Positions 28,736 through 49,072 of a stretch of 64,000 nucleotides of DNA are shown piece by piece. The translations under genes were made by a program, and so were the position numbers. The DNA comes from Octopus sinensis. Lineage: Eukaryota. The DNA lies in NCBI RefSeq assembly GCF_006345805.1, contig NC_043002.1, forward strand, positions 52,762,001 to 52,826,000. The letters are read 5' to 3'. Position 1 is the stretch's first letter; every line of letters starts with the position of its first letter. The notes below the pieces were generated by a model. That model saw nothing but the letters and a program-made list of their open reading frames with translations. It was not told where the DNA came from and made no database searches.

Positions 28736-29796
28736 GGTATGTTTTATGCAATGTAATTATGCAACCGGTGATATGTAAGTGCGGTTATGTGGGATGTAAG
28801 TGACGAGTTTGCATATGGACAAATAATAACAAGCAGACTGGCAGATGCGTGAAAATAACTGTTGACTGAAGCCTTTAAGCACGTAGACATTCTGCTCTCG
28901 TAAAATCACCAACTACCAGTAATTCATCGGTCTTCAACCGGGATTTAGACTTGAGTGGATTGTAGCTACGCTAACACTGGACAATCTGCAGTGGAGATGT
29001 GTGGATGATGCCCTTGTACTGACAGATATTATTCAAATTTCTTCTATATTTTTGCCCATTGGAATCCGATTTTGAAAGAATATTTTTGTGAACTAGCATA
29101 TGTCTTTTAAGTCTAGATATTGACTTACAAGTTTTGTGACGTATGACACAAGTCGTGAGAAGCAGTTGGGGTTCAAGATCGTTACCTACCTGGGCATTTC
29201 GATTTTCATAACTTCATATTATTCACGTATCCTGCTTTTAACAATAGTACACGATCTTACACACACACACACATTCTACATGTATGTACCAAATAACATA
29301 CTGTTAGCTGTTGTTTCGTTGGTTGTGCATTTCTACGGGAAGGGAGAGAATAGTCTTGTCAAATGTAATTGTATTATAATTTTCATTTCTTTTTTCGTTA
29401 GTGAAATAAGTTTGAGTTTCATGGAATGAAGCGTATCATATACACTTTATGCATTTATCTAATTCATTTTCCTTTCTTGTTTTAACTAAAAATCCTCAAT
29501 ACTTGTATTTAGCAGCGATTTTGATTGGGCTGAATATCTCCAGTACGAAGTAACTGAGTTTATTAATTACATTATATTATTTCAATGTGGAATGGGATAA
29601 GAAAATTATGAAAAATATCACATTACGTCTCTCGATTTGATGTAATTTTGATGCTACATTCAAATTTACAAGGCATTTCGTTAAACTATATATCTATTGT
29701 ACTTAAGAAATATGCGCATTCACACGCAAACAAAAACACTTCAAACACACACACATCACGATATATATATACACACACACATACACATATACATAT

Positions 29797-30180
29797 TGTT
29801 GGAAGCACTCTGTCGGTTACGACGACGAGGGTTCCAGTTGACCCAAATCAACGGAACAGCCTGCTCGTGAAATTAACGTGTAAGTGGCTGAGCACTCCAC
29901 AGACACGTGTACCCTTAACGTAGTTCTCGGGGATATTCAGCGTGACACAGAGTGACAAGGCCGGCCCTTTGAAATACAGGTACAACAGAAACAGGAAGAA
30001 AGAGTGAGAGAAAGTTGTGGTGAAAGAGTACAGCAGGGATCACCACCATCCCCTGCCGGAGCCTCGTGGGGCTTTAGGTGTTTTCGCTCAATAAACACTC
30101 ACAATGCCCAGTCTGGGAATCGAAACCGCGATCCTATGACCGCGAGTCCGCTGCCCTAACCACTGGGCCATTGCGCCTCC
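29797..30180 (-). mobile_element. tRNA-derived SINE family D
   Basis: Minus-strand head GGAGGCGCAATGGCCCAGTGGTTAGGGCAGCGGAC...GGTTTCGATTCC. 12-bp TSD ACATATACATAT at 29785-29796 and 30181-30192. A partial copy lies at about 22320-22435. Confidence 0.88.
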
Positions 30181-30279
30181 ACATATACATATAAACACCA
30201 CACATTTACAAAAACATATATATAATGTCCATGATTTTATGTGTCAAATGTCAATATTTTTTTTTAATAATTTTTGCAG

Positions 30280-30357
30280 AGACTTAGGAAAATGATTCAA
30301 CCGTCGGAGCTTCCAAAGCACGTGCATCGACAAGAGGCCGAACCGATCTTTCTATGA
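30280..30357 (+). CDS. SLC6A4: SERT-like transporter, terminal coding exon
   Basis: Acceptor tttttgcag, phase 0, RLRKMIQPSELPKHVHRQEAEPIFL* with TGA at 30355-30357. Fits the SLC6 C-tail pattern R....P. Confidence 0.85.
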   Translation, partial: RLRKMIQPSELPKHVHRQEAEPIFL

Positions 30358-32005
30358 GTGAATGGCCGCATCAGTGTTCCATGTAAATTCCTATTTCGGT
30401 GACTGTCATCCAAAGAAGAGGAAAGAGAGTGAATCTAGAAGTGAGGAAACAGTTAGACGTCTGTGTCAAATTTGCACTGAGGAGGGGAAATTTATCTTTC
30501 TTCCCTTTTTCTCCTTTTTCACAATTATGTGACTTAGTCTACGATGAAGACACAGAAATGCTAATCAGTTCGACCTCTCAGCTATTGGGTTTTCTAACCT
30601 CTCTTACCTTTTGACTATATATTTGTTTTCGTATTCTATATTTTAATTTTTTTTTTTTCCTATCTTTTTGTTTGTGTCAGTTGAGGTGGAACAAATCCCA
30701 GTTGTGTGAAGGAGATGAAATATTTGTTGTTAGTGACTTAAAACAAACAAATTTTATCTGTGCTTTATAACGTCTTCTCTCTCTTTTCCGCCCCTTCTCT
30801 TTCCCTCTCTCTCTTTCTCTCTCTCTCTCAAATACCGTCGACATACCGCACTAAACAATATAGGTGCGGGATTACTCTCATCTCTAACCTCGTTGTCGCG
30901 TGAATTAAAATACCGTCGTTATACATAGATTGAAGGATCGATTCTATTTCTTCTTGTGCTTGTTCTAGATCTTGCTCTATCTTCTTAATCTTCTCCTCCT
31001 CTATCATTATTTCAACATTAACTGAATAAAGTACCAGTTAAATACAGGACTCAGTTTAATGGCCCCTAGTGTCTATGATTGAAGTTATTTTATTTCATCA
31101 TTGTCTTCGCAAGCTCCAATTCTCCTTTTACCAATTGTCTTTTAGCTTTTCTCATTTTTTAAAACTGCTTAATTATTTTCTTCAATTTCTTTACTTTCTT
31201 CCTCCCTAGTTAACTTTTTAAATACTATCTTTCTTTTGGTATTCATTTCATCACTATGTTTAACTTCATCACTTTGTTTTATTTCCTGCCTTCATTATCA
31301 TCTTCTTTCTCTTTGCCCTCCTCTTCTGTCCCTTTCTTTTGTTCATTTTTCTCTTCATTATTATTTCATAATTATTTAACAATCCACTCTAAAATATTCT
31401 TGTTCTGGAGATCTACCTTTCCTCTTTTAACCGCCTTAATTTTGTTTAATCTTCTTCTATTTCCCCCTCCACTTACCTGTAACATCTATTTTGATATTTT
31501 TTTTATTCTTCCGTTATTTTTCTCCCACTGGATTTTTCCAGGATCAACTCCTTTATGTTCTTCCTTCGTCTTTTCCTTACTCTTCTACCAATCAACTTAA
31601 AATAGTGGAGGATCTTCAACTAAGTGAACTCGAGATATTTCAGGGAAGATTCTTGATTCTGAGATTAACCATTTTATTTGACTGGATTGTCCATTCTTAT
31701 CTACCTTCACACGTTTTCTAACATCAGACATATAAAGATAAACACAAACACACACATAAACACGAATATATACACTAATAGCACGTACCCACTCACTCTC
31801 TCACTATAGGTACAAGAACTTAGAAAGTGAAGGAATCAGAATTAGCGAAAATAATGATACATGCACAAGTGCATATATATATATTGTATATATGTATATA
31901 TATATTGTAATATCTATATATATATTGTATATATTATATTGTATATATATTATATTATATATATATATATATATGTATGTACGCACACACACACACACAC
32001 ACAAC

Positions 32006-32091
<86 letters not shown>

Positions 32092-32519
32092 GGGTGATGC
32101 GTGCACTTGCACTCAATGTAGTTTAACTTTTAATACATATTAATTATTCCAAATGGAAAAATATTTATATCTTGTCTTAATGCAAAGAAATACTAATGGA
32201 TGAGACTTAAATGAATAGTAAAACGTGACAGACAGAGATGGGGTGGTAAAAAGAGATGGTTAAAGAAAGATCACCTGCCTTCAGCTGGAAGGTTTCTATG
32301 TAAAAAAAAAATAGACTTCATCACTTCCAATGTAGCCAATTTAACCAATATCATATCGTTCTTTCCTTTCATTCTGTCAGATATTGAAAGAGCTACGGAC
32401 AACTGATAATGTTCAGGTGGTATGTAAATTTTGACAAAAACAAGTCAAAATAATTGCATGTGACACTATACACAAAGTAAATAGAAATTTTATACCTATA
32501 CAGGAATGGTAAAATATAT

Positions 32520-32545
32520 ACAAAAAGCATATTTATAATATATAT

Positions 32546-32596
<51 letters not shown>

Positions 32597-32649
32597 ATAT
32601 AATATAATATAATTATAATATAATATAATATAATATAATATATATATAT

Positions 32650-32681
<32 letters not shown>

Positions 32682-32727
32682 TATATAATATATATATATA
32701 GATATATATATATATATAATTAATATA

Positions 32728-32758
<31 letters not shown>

Positions 32759-32922
32759 ATAATATAATATAATATATATAATATATATATTATATATAAT
32801 ATAATATAATATAATATATATATATATATATATAATATAATCTATATTAGTATATATATATATATTATATATATATATAATATAATATAATATATATATA
32901 TATATATAATATATATATAATA

Positions 32923-32963
<41 letters not shown>

Positions 32964-33005
32964 ATATAATCTAATATAATATAGATTAATATAATATATA
33001 ATTAA

Positions 33006-33050
<45 letters not shown>
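32520..33050. repeat. Nearly pure A/T microsatellite
   Basis: Directly visible. Confidence 0.95.
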
Positions 33051-33051
<1 letters not shown>

Positions 33052-33966
33052 AATCGAGTAACGCTGTATAGTAATTAATTATATATTTGCGGAATGCTGT
33101 GGTATGTAATTATTGACAAAATTTTTGCTCCAGCATAAGGAAAGCGAGGAAGTGGAAACGATTTCTGTAATATGTTTAGGAAAAGTACTGATTGAAATTA
33201 TATTTAACACTTGTCTGAACAACGTCAAGGGACTAAATAGTTTTTACAGCGAGCTTCTATGGGAAGACTGTGAGTGTGCGTATGTGTTTGTGTTTATATA
33301 TATCTATATATATATATATGCTTAATGTTCATCTCAAGACAGAAGTTTCATGGATCTGCGATCTTCAGGCAAGAACTGCTACAAATTCATGTGGTTGTTC
33401 ATTTATATTCGTTGGTTTCTGTTGATTTGTGTGTGTGTGTGCGTGTGTGTGTGTGCGTGTGTGTGCGTGTGTGTGTGTATGCGCGTATGTCTTTGTCTGT
33501 TGGGTAGTTGTTGTATTTGTGTTTTGATTAGCTATATATTTTTTTGTCGTAGGTATTAAATAAACAGCCACACCGAGTTGTAACCGTTTTCATCATACAA
33601 ACGTAGTGATGTGAAACTCATGTTGCGAGATGAATATTCATTTCAAAACATATACTCTACATTTTTCGCATATTCTTTTCCTTAAGTCGTTCAACATTTG
33701 TGTGTGAGTAGAGAGACACCGAGAGAGAGAGAGGGAGAGAGAGAGAAAAAGAGAGGGGAAGGAGAAAGGAGGAGAGAGATGGTTCGTAAAAATATACTCT
33801 TTTGTTGGTTCCAGCCAAATGAGTGTGGCCATGCCGGGGGCGTCGTTATGAAAGCTAATGAAAAATATCTTGAGCGTGACTTACTATCACAATGTTATTT
33901 GTTATGTACAGAAGTATTTGGTTATATATTACTGTTCAGAAACTACGGGATAAAAGTAACCTAATA

Positions 33967-34005
<39 letters not shown>

Positions 34006-34445
34006 GGATGATAATGATAATGTTTCGATTTTCACTCACACAGATAATTATACAAATACAAACACAGATAAAAAGTAATATAGTAAGGCGTACACGCATA
34101 TACAAACATGCTCACTAAGAGAACCCCTAAGATACGCCGACCCATACACACATACACATACTTACACACATACAGACGCTTGGAGATGTTTCTTAAAGTT
34201 GTCTGTAATACTAGTTGTTATTAAATTACTGTTCTTTAGTGTGTGTATGTGTGTGTCAGTGTGCGCGTGTGTGTGCATTCAAATATATATATATATTCGA
34301 ATATATATACATACATACATATATATATATACATACATACATATATATATTTCCTTACGCATATACATGCATACATAAATATATATCACGAAGATATATG
34401 TTATATAGAATAAATTGTGTGGACGTGTGTATGTATACAGTATGT

Positions 34446-34477
<32 letters not shown>

Positions 34478-35389
34478 GAAAATTTTTTATATAAAATATA
34501 TGCTATAAAACTTGAAGTAGTGATATTTGTGTAATATATTTAAAGTTGGTTGAATATGTTTTATATTTCTGTGTACATATAAAGAAAAAAAAAACAACGC
34601 CCCCAAGATATATATATATATATATAATGCAGGGCCGTAGACTGTGGGATTAAAGGAATGTACTATACTATATATTAATCTAATTTTTTTTACAGTCAAA
34701 CAGAAATGAAGTTGTTGGTGTGTGTGTGTGTTGTGGTAACTTCAATAACGCATTGTATTTATATTCCAATACCGCCCTACATTGCTCCTCTTTTGTGGTC
34801 AAATTTAGCAAAAACAGTTGTTACAGTTGTTACAAAAGCGATAAAAGACATTATAGATGATTTTCATTATTATATAAAAAAATCTATGGAAAAAAATAAT
34901 TTTTAAAAATATCATTATAAGTACACTGAAGAAAAAATATTTGAAAAGCATTGCAAAAAAAAAAAAAAGAAAGAAAAAGGAAAGAAATAAAGAGACCGAA
35001 AGTCTATATTGAATATGTTTCTATTGCTTTGAATATTTTTTAATATCTTGAGACAAATATAAATAAATATTTAAAAAGTAATTAATGATGGGGAAACATT
35101 TCGTAAAATATTTTGTAAAGATTTTTGTCACATTTGTAAACTTTTTAAGTCGACAGATTTTTTCACTCAGTAACTTTTTTTTTTTTTTTTGTATTTTGTA
35201 TAAGTTGTTGATTTTTTCTTCTTGCACTGTATTGTATTTTTAATTTTATTCTTGAATCTTGTATTTTTTTTTATTGTATGATTGACGAAGATCCAAAAAA
35301 TGCAGGTTGATGTATTGCCAAAAAAAAAAATGAAAAACCAAATCAAATGGCGCCTCGCATTTTTCCCAATTATTACTTATAACTTTCAA

Positions 35390-41535
<6,146 letters not shown>

Positions 41536-44452
41536 TTTTCACGTCTTACCTTAGTTCTAAATTCTAATCCTGCTATAATAGACTCTGCCTTATAACCACT
41601 AGCTTTAGAGTATCCTATTTAGCCTGATTGACCTTTAAACATACGACTTGGTGTCTGAGAAAGAAAATCATGTTTTTATGCACTTTATAACTTTTTTCTA
41701 CTTACTTATTAGTATCTCCTACATTATTCATGTTGCTCTTGTTTTGTGCCTTCAAAATAGCAAATTATCAGTATCGCTATAGCGTTGAATAGAATTCCTT
41801 GCGAACTTCGTTCCAGATTTCTTTACTCCAATGTCAAATCCTGCCACTTTCAAATATGCCTTTTATACTTCGGAATCAATAGCTTAAAACTCAATCTAAA
41901 ATTTTTATTACAGTGTACGTATCTGTGAAATACTTAACCACTTAAACGCTAATCTCACGAACAGGAATTTAGTTCATCTAGCAACTGAATACGTTTTGTT
42001 AAGACCACTATTTTGAGTTTTCTTACCACATTCTTTTTCAAAAACTCGTTCAACATTGCTGTCTGAGTCAGCACAGAAATTATATCTCATGGTTTTGAGA
42101 ATGTTCTAAAAATTCAATCGATAAGAAATATCATATCACAATTTTATTCTATTTTTGTTCCATTTTGTATATCATTCTACCATTTGTATGGGAGCGACGA
42201 TTGTTACGCCCAGTATTTTCGGTCTAAGAATTTTATATCCAGCTTGCTTTGTTTAGAGATAGGTCGATAAAGTTGCCCCCACTCACAAAGTGTCGCAATG
42301 TCCTCTTAATATTTTGGTAGAAAAAAGGTCTATATTTCAAACTTAGGTTGAGACAGGTATGAAATGAATACTATATGTGACTACTCTACATGTGTAGTCA
42401 GAAATAGATGTATATTTACCTATACGTACTTAATTTCATACCTTTAGTTAATAAGGAGAGGTAAGGGAAATTAAGAGGATTTCTTTGCTAAAAGTAATCA
42501 AAAGATACCATCACTCGTCGCAGTAGTAATACTAACGATTGATTCCTATTTAAGCTGTTTAAATGGTAGGAGTTGGCTGGTACTTTATTTTAACGACCTT
42601 GGAGAGAGGAAAGTAAAAGTTAACCTCCGTGGAATTTGAATCTAGAATGTAAAGCGTTGGAAGAAAATACCATAGAGAATTTTGTCCGACACTCTAACCA
42701 ATCAGCCGACCACTAACCTTGTAATAATAGTACTAATAATAACTGTTGCTTTTTGCAGATTTCCATGTAGTAAAGCTTTCGCTTAAAATTTTCGTTGTAT
42801 ATTTATCCATAACGACTTACTTGGTATAATTACATAATGGTTATTACTGTGATCGTCTTCCTATAGGCAGTTATTTGTACCGGTATGTATAAGTACATAT
42901 GTGTCACTACGTATAGGTAAATATTTCGAGCCTCTACCTCTGGCTACATATTTTTTACCTGTCTCTGTAGATATATAAATATATATATTTCGTACCTGTA
43001 CCTATGGCTCGTAAAATCCAAAGAAAATTTTTAGGTGTCATCAAGTTTATTACATTTCATTACAACCGTTGCCGATCTAAGCCTTCACCATTTACTTTAC
43101 AGTTTGATTTTACTGGGTGGGATACAGAAGCGAAATGCTGGCGCTTATTATGAGGTACTTGTGTTCTAATTCGCTGCATGTATTTTGAAACATCACTGGA
43201 TAGAAGAATAATTTTTTATATATTTCTACTAAACACGAAGTCATTAATGTTGACCATGCATCAGCACAAATATGTGCAACCCCACTGAGCAAGATTTTTA
43301 AGGAAGACTAGCAATAGCTCATGCATGTAAATCTCACCTGTCTAGGACACCAGTATATATCCAAGTAAAAGACTCCAGACTTAGGCCGATACAACTTGAC
43401 TCTAGTGTCGTCGCAGACGTTGCTATCAAAGAGCAAAGAAGGCATCTCAGCCGATCTTGTAACTGTTCTGCTAATCCATTCACCCTGGGTTGGTACTTCT
43501 TTTATCGATGCTGATAGGATTCAAGGCAAAACTGACTTTGGCAAGATTTGAACTCAGAACCTAGAATGTCAGAACAAATATTCTGAGGCTTTATTCAAAT
43601 ACTTTAACAACTGTGTCAGTTCGCTTCTATATTACCACAAAGCACTAAACCATTGAAAATAGGCATCAGGATTTCTCTGAGAATGTTGTCGGTAATAGAA
43701 TGGCACCTCAAGATGAGGGGGGAATTTGTTTAATATGTTTTATGCTCCGTGACAAGCAAGTGGAACTGAGTAATCAGTTTTTTGGTCCCCAAGGTGAATG
43801 TTATTCGGTTGATATGAATATTAGATTTATAGTAAATTGAGCAAACTTAGAGACATAAGTACTACTAAAAAGGAAACGTCTCCTAGTGTTGGCATCGGAT
43901 ATGTCACTTGCAAATAATATTGTAATTTCATGAGTAAAGTGCCTTATCCAATGAATAAATAAATAAATAATTGAATGTCTATCTTAGGAACTAATCCAAC
44001 AAGACTATGATATGCTAATCGTATTACAAAACGTAGCTGTTAAACTGTATGACTCGATGTTAACAGTGATATAAATGCTGCAATTTCGAAGCATATATAT
44101 GTTTGTGTCTTTAAGAGCAATTATAGTTCACTATGCACTGCTATTTTTAAGGAAGTAAAACTGCAACTGAATTTAGAGCAAAAATTTACTGAGAGAGTTG
44201 GGATGTTCTTCTGATTTCTCTGCTGCTATCTTGTTGGTCTTCAGTACAATAATAAAAAAAGGAAGGACAGGAAAAGACAAGGACGGGTCATTCGGAGCTT
44301 TCAATCTTCGGTCGAATACCACATCGTCTTTGCAGGAGCATAGAAGATGAAAGTCATGGGAAAGAATATAAGAGATGCTATACGGATGGTAGTCGAACCA
44401 AAAAAGGTCAGGCTTGGCTGAACACCGGTCACGTAGAAGGATATATATGTAC

Positions 44453-44512
<60 letters not shown>

Positions 44513-44524
44513 TATATATATATA

Positions 44525-44669
44525 TATATATGGAAAAACAAGTCAAGATAGAACATGCTAAAATAATTTTATAAAGAACATTCAGTACCGGTTGACTGAA
44601 ACCGGTTCTGAAATGTTCTTTATAAAATTATTTTAGCATTTTCTATCTTGACTTGTTTTCCATATATAT
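44525..44669. repeat. Fold-back palindrome of about 145 bp carrying the 3' half of a hammerhead
   Basis: Arms GGAAAAACAAGTCAAGATAGAA...CAGTACCGGTT and AACCGGTTCTG...TTCTATCTTGACTTGTTTTCC with a 6-nt spacer; contains GAAA-CCGG-T(T/A). Confidence 0.85.
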
Positions 44670-45419
44670 CAACTCGTGCGTTCCTTTTCATCCTTATACA
44701 TATATATATATATATATATATATCAGAAACTCTAATACATTTGATCAGAGAAATTATTACTAGATATGCATTGAAATAGGAAAACAAGTTTATTAGAATA
44801 ATATCAATGTTGTCATCTATATACTGTTGGAGTCAGTAAAATTGTTACGCTCATTGAATAAATGTTGCTTTTAAATAAACGCGTAACTTTCATATTAAAT
44901 AAGTTGTGTTCTAAAGTATTTAGAAACGCTACCTATCTTGTGTAGATAATTTTATATAGTGATGGGTTAATTCCATATATATCTATATGTCTTCCTTTGT
45001 ATTACATACACACACATATAAGCGAAGAACAAAGGAAATATATTAGTATATATGTATATGTGTGTATGTGTTTGTATGTATATGTGTGTAGGCTTTCTTC
45101 CGGGTTATTTTGATGGATTATATTCAAATGTTGCTTCAACTGAAGATGGAATTAGAAAAAAAAGGAAATCTAGCAATTTATATTATGGCTTTAAATTCAA
45201 TGTATTGTTGATATTTTATTAGAGAGCCAGTGTGTGTGATAAAAAAAAAGACGCATGTATGATTTTTGAAATACATCCTGCACCTTATAAGTCAGGAAGT
45301 TAAGCCACTATGGCTGTGATTAATACGTATGGAGACATCTGGAAACAAATATCTGGGCAGTCGGATGGCAGGGTAAGTAACAATTACCATTCCCGAAGTC
45401 ACCTAAGCTTGACGTCCAT

Positions 45420-45465
<46 letters not shown>

Positions 45466-45642
45466 TAATGTTGATGATGATGTCGATGATAATGGCAATG
45501 ATAATGAAGATAAGGTAACAACGCTTTTTAAAATTCATTTTAAGGGACTAACAGAAAATTTAACAAATGAAAATGCTACTGAAACACACTCATACGCACA
45601 CATATACACAATAATATAAAATTATACGTAAAATCTACCTAC

Positions 45643-45721
<79 letters not shown>

Positions 45722-45738
45722 ATCTATCTATCTATCTA

Positions 45739-45801
<63 letters not shown>

Positions 45802-45806
45802 GTCTG

Positions 45807-45837
<31 letters not shown>

Positions 45838-46394
45838 ATATATGCTTATCTATCTATTTTAGAATACACAGACACATACATACAGACACACGCCCACACG
45901 CACACACACACGCACACATACACACACACACGTGACTATCGAGCAATGACAATGCTTGCACAACACCGTAATAATGGATAAAGATACTTTATTTGAATAT
46001 TGATACCACCAATGGTTTCATGTTAAGGAAATACTCAACGAAGTTGGAAAGATATAACATGTAACGTGTGATTGACTGTGGCCTCTGCAATGATGAAATA
46101 TTCTTTAACTTCACCAAACCAAGAGGCTTTAAACAAGAGAACAGAACTAATTCCTAAGTGTCAACGTGTGAACAAAGCCTGCTTTTCCAACCTATATTGA
46201 ACATTTTAATTGCAGCTTCCCGAAACAGCTGGAAGTCTGCAGCTCCCTGATAACGTACAAAGGATAAAGTGGAAGTAAAGAAAGGTAATCAACGCCGGTG
46301 GAAGCCACACGCGAGGTAACCACTCTATCAACCACTTCTGTGGATTCCGCTACTCTGAGTAACAGAATACCGTATGCTGGAACATTCATCCTAT

Positions 46395-46505
46395 ATGTGT
46401 GTGCGTGCATATGTGTATGTGCGTGCATATGTGTATGTGCGTGCATATGTGTATGTGCGTGCATATGTGTATGTGCGTGTATATGTGTATGTGCGTGCAT
46501 ATGTA
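46395..46505. repeat. 18-bp minisatellite (GTGCGTGCATATGTGTAT), about 6 copies
   Basis: Directly visible. Confidence 0.85.
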
Positions 46506-46965
46506 TGAATTTTTTCACGTGTGTATGCCTGTGTGTGAGTGTGTTTGTGCGAATGTGTGTGTGTGAGAGAGAGAGAGAGAGAGTGTGTGTATGTATGTGA
46601 GAAGGAGAGAGAGTATGTGAGAGAGAGAGAGTGTGTGTGTGTGTGTGAGAGATAGATAGAGAGAATGAGTGTGTGTGTGTGCGTGCATGTATTTGCTTAT
46701 TATATCAAAAGTTGCAATATTCTCTGAATTTCAAAATTGTGAAACTTAGAACACAGACTGGCAACACCTGATATAAGCATATCTTTGTGCTCTACACAAC
46801 ACCTTGAGTTCCATCAGATAATGCTTGTCCTACGTAATACATGTTTAAATGTACTACATACCTGTTATATTACTATATTCTCCCTCTGTTTCATAATATA
46901 TATATATATACACATACATATATGTATATGCATGCATAATATATACATTCATATATAAATGCAAT

Positions 46966-46998
<33 letters not shown>

Positions 46999-47029
46999 TA
47001 TATTAATATATATATATATATAATATATA

Positions 47030-47060
<31 letters not shown>

Positions 47061-47152
47061 CATGTACATATACATCTAATATAGGATAAAATTTTTCGAA
47101 AAAAATTCTATCAATGGCCAGCATATTAAAAAATACCTTTAAAGGTTAAATT

Positions 47153-47644
47153 TATAAACAACTTATAAACAAGGGCAAAAGAAAAAAATTCTAATGCCGA
47201 ATATGCCGAAAATAGACAAATCATCAATAACCATATAATTCATCACTATAAGCACGCGTCTCGAAGTAAGCCGACAGAAATTTCAAAAAAATTCCGTTAT
47301 TATCATATCGGCCCCGATTTCAGAGTTAATTCATAAGAATTTTCTCTTCGTCAGTGATATATACGGTAAGAAATAAATGAAATACTTACTTATACCCATG
47401 GGTATAAGTAAGTATTTCATTTATTTCTTACCGTATTTATCACTGACGAGGAGAAAATTCTTATAAATTAACTCTGAAATCGGGGCCAACATGATAATAA
47501 CGGAATTTTAAAGAAATTTCTGTTGGCTTACTTCGAGATTCGTGCTTATAGTGATGAATTATATGGTTATCGACGATTTGTTTATTTTCGGCATATTCGG
47601 CATTAGCATTTTTTTCTTTTGCCCTTGTTTATAAGTTGTTTATA
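47153..47644. repeat. 492-bp spacer-less palindrome, probably PLE pLTR-derived
   Basis: Centre CCCA|TGGG at 47398/47399; two 246-bp arms with about 15 mismatches by manual comparison. Confidence 0.95.
47301..47359 (-). ncRNA. Type I hammerhead ribozyme, intact core
   Basis: Minus strand TATCA-CTGACGA-AGAG(18-nt loop)CTCT-GAAA-TCGGGGCCGA-TA-TGATA, AUA triplet. The mirror copy at 47438-47496 (+) has ACA in place of AUA. Confidence 0.78.
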
Positions 47645-48077
47645 TACATATACATATATATGTGTACACATTGACCACAATATATGTACATTTATTTATT
47701 TATTTATTTATTTATTTCTCTCTCTTCTCTCTCTCTCCTCTCTCTCTCTATCTTTATACACACGCGCACGCATGCGTGTGTATGTGTGTGTGTGTGTGTG
47801 TGTCTGTAGTAGATTTTTTTGTTTTCTTCCCTTATCAGGAAAGTACAAAAATCTCTATAATTAACCATACTCCACATAAAACTAGATGACTTTTCGCATA
47901 AGCTAGGAATTATTTTTGTTATTGTTGTTGTTGTTTTTGTTGCTGCCATTGTTGTTATTATTATCATTATTGTCGTTTGTGTAGTTGTTGTTTATTGTTG
48001 CTACTGGTGTTGAGTTGTTTCGTTGTAGTTATTATTATTATGATTATGATTATTATTATTATTATTATTTCTATTAC

Positions 48078-48151
<74 letters not shown>

Positions 48152-48172
48152 TTATTATTATTATTATTATTA

Positions 48173-48221
<49 letters not shown>

Positions 48222-48244
48222 CATTATTATTATTATTATTATTT

Positions 48245-48740
48245 ATTGCCTTTGCCCAGCTTCTAATGCTGAAGATGTATTAGAGTGTCAGCTGTTCTAG
48301 TCAGTGAACTAAGGTAACACCTCTTATTTTTCGAGCACCTTCCGGAGTATTCGAGCGGTTCCAATCAGTGCTGTTTTCTGCAAGTGTTCCACCATTATTG
48401 CAACCCCTATTTGTTCCACGTACTTCTCGAGATTTTTGCTCACTGTTCCCAGGGCTCCGACGATTATTGGTACTACTGCTACCTTTTTCATCGACCACAA
48501 CTGCTTAACTTCCCAAGCTAACCTGTCATATCTCTCGACTTTTCTTTCTTCCTTATCGCATATCTTGTCAGCTGGGCATGCTATATCTATGATCGAGCAT
48601 AGTTTGTTTTCTTTCTCAATTAAGACTATGTCCGGCTTCCTATTCTCAAACTCATGGTCGCACTGAATCATAAAATCCCATAGGATCTTTGTATTTCTAT
48701 TTTCGACAATGCCTTCAGGTTTGTGGTCGTGCCATTTTTT
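48245..48740 (-). mobile_element. R4/Dong-clade LINE 3' end with open RLE domain and (TAA)n tail
   Basis: KWHDHKPEGIVENRNTKILWDFMIQCDHEFENRKPDIVLIEKENKLCSIIDIACP...VVPIIVGALG...LQKTALIGTARILRKVL, a PD-(D/E)xK-type endonuclease region. A short 3' UTR is followed by (TAA)n. Confidence 0.9.
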
Positions 48741-48905
48741 TGTATATATATATATATATATATAACTATACTCCACATATATACATTCATGTATAAATGC
48801 ATACACATACATAATATATAATATATACATACATACATGCATACATACATACCTACATACATACATACATACATACATACATACACACACATGTATATAT
48901 GTATG

Positions 48906-48950
<45 letters not shown>

Positions 48951-49026
48951 ATGCATTTATACATGAATGTATATATTATGTTTACATATACATATGTGTA
49001 TATTATTATTATTATTATTATTATTA

Positions 49027-49072
<46 letters not shown>

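Noticed and set aside
30105-30180. tRNA-like sequence on the minus strand (also near 8920-8980 and 20110-20180)
   Set aside because: These are SINE heads that run into SINE bodies (the 30105-30180 copy also has a TSD); no proper acceptor stem.
33330-33375. Minus-strand CTGAAGA...GAAAC...GTC spacing
   Set aside because: Stems I and II do not pair; likely chance.
30358-35300. Extent of the SERT 3' UTR and its poly(A) site
   Set aside because: Several AATAAA/ATTAAA hexamers in AT-rich DNA; I cannot choose one without transcript data.
46217-46283. Possible exon (ttgcag...aag|gtaatc)
   Set aside because: Stop codons in all three frames and no recognisable peptide.
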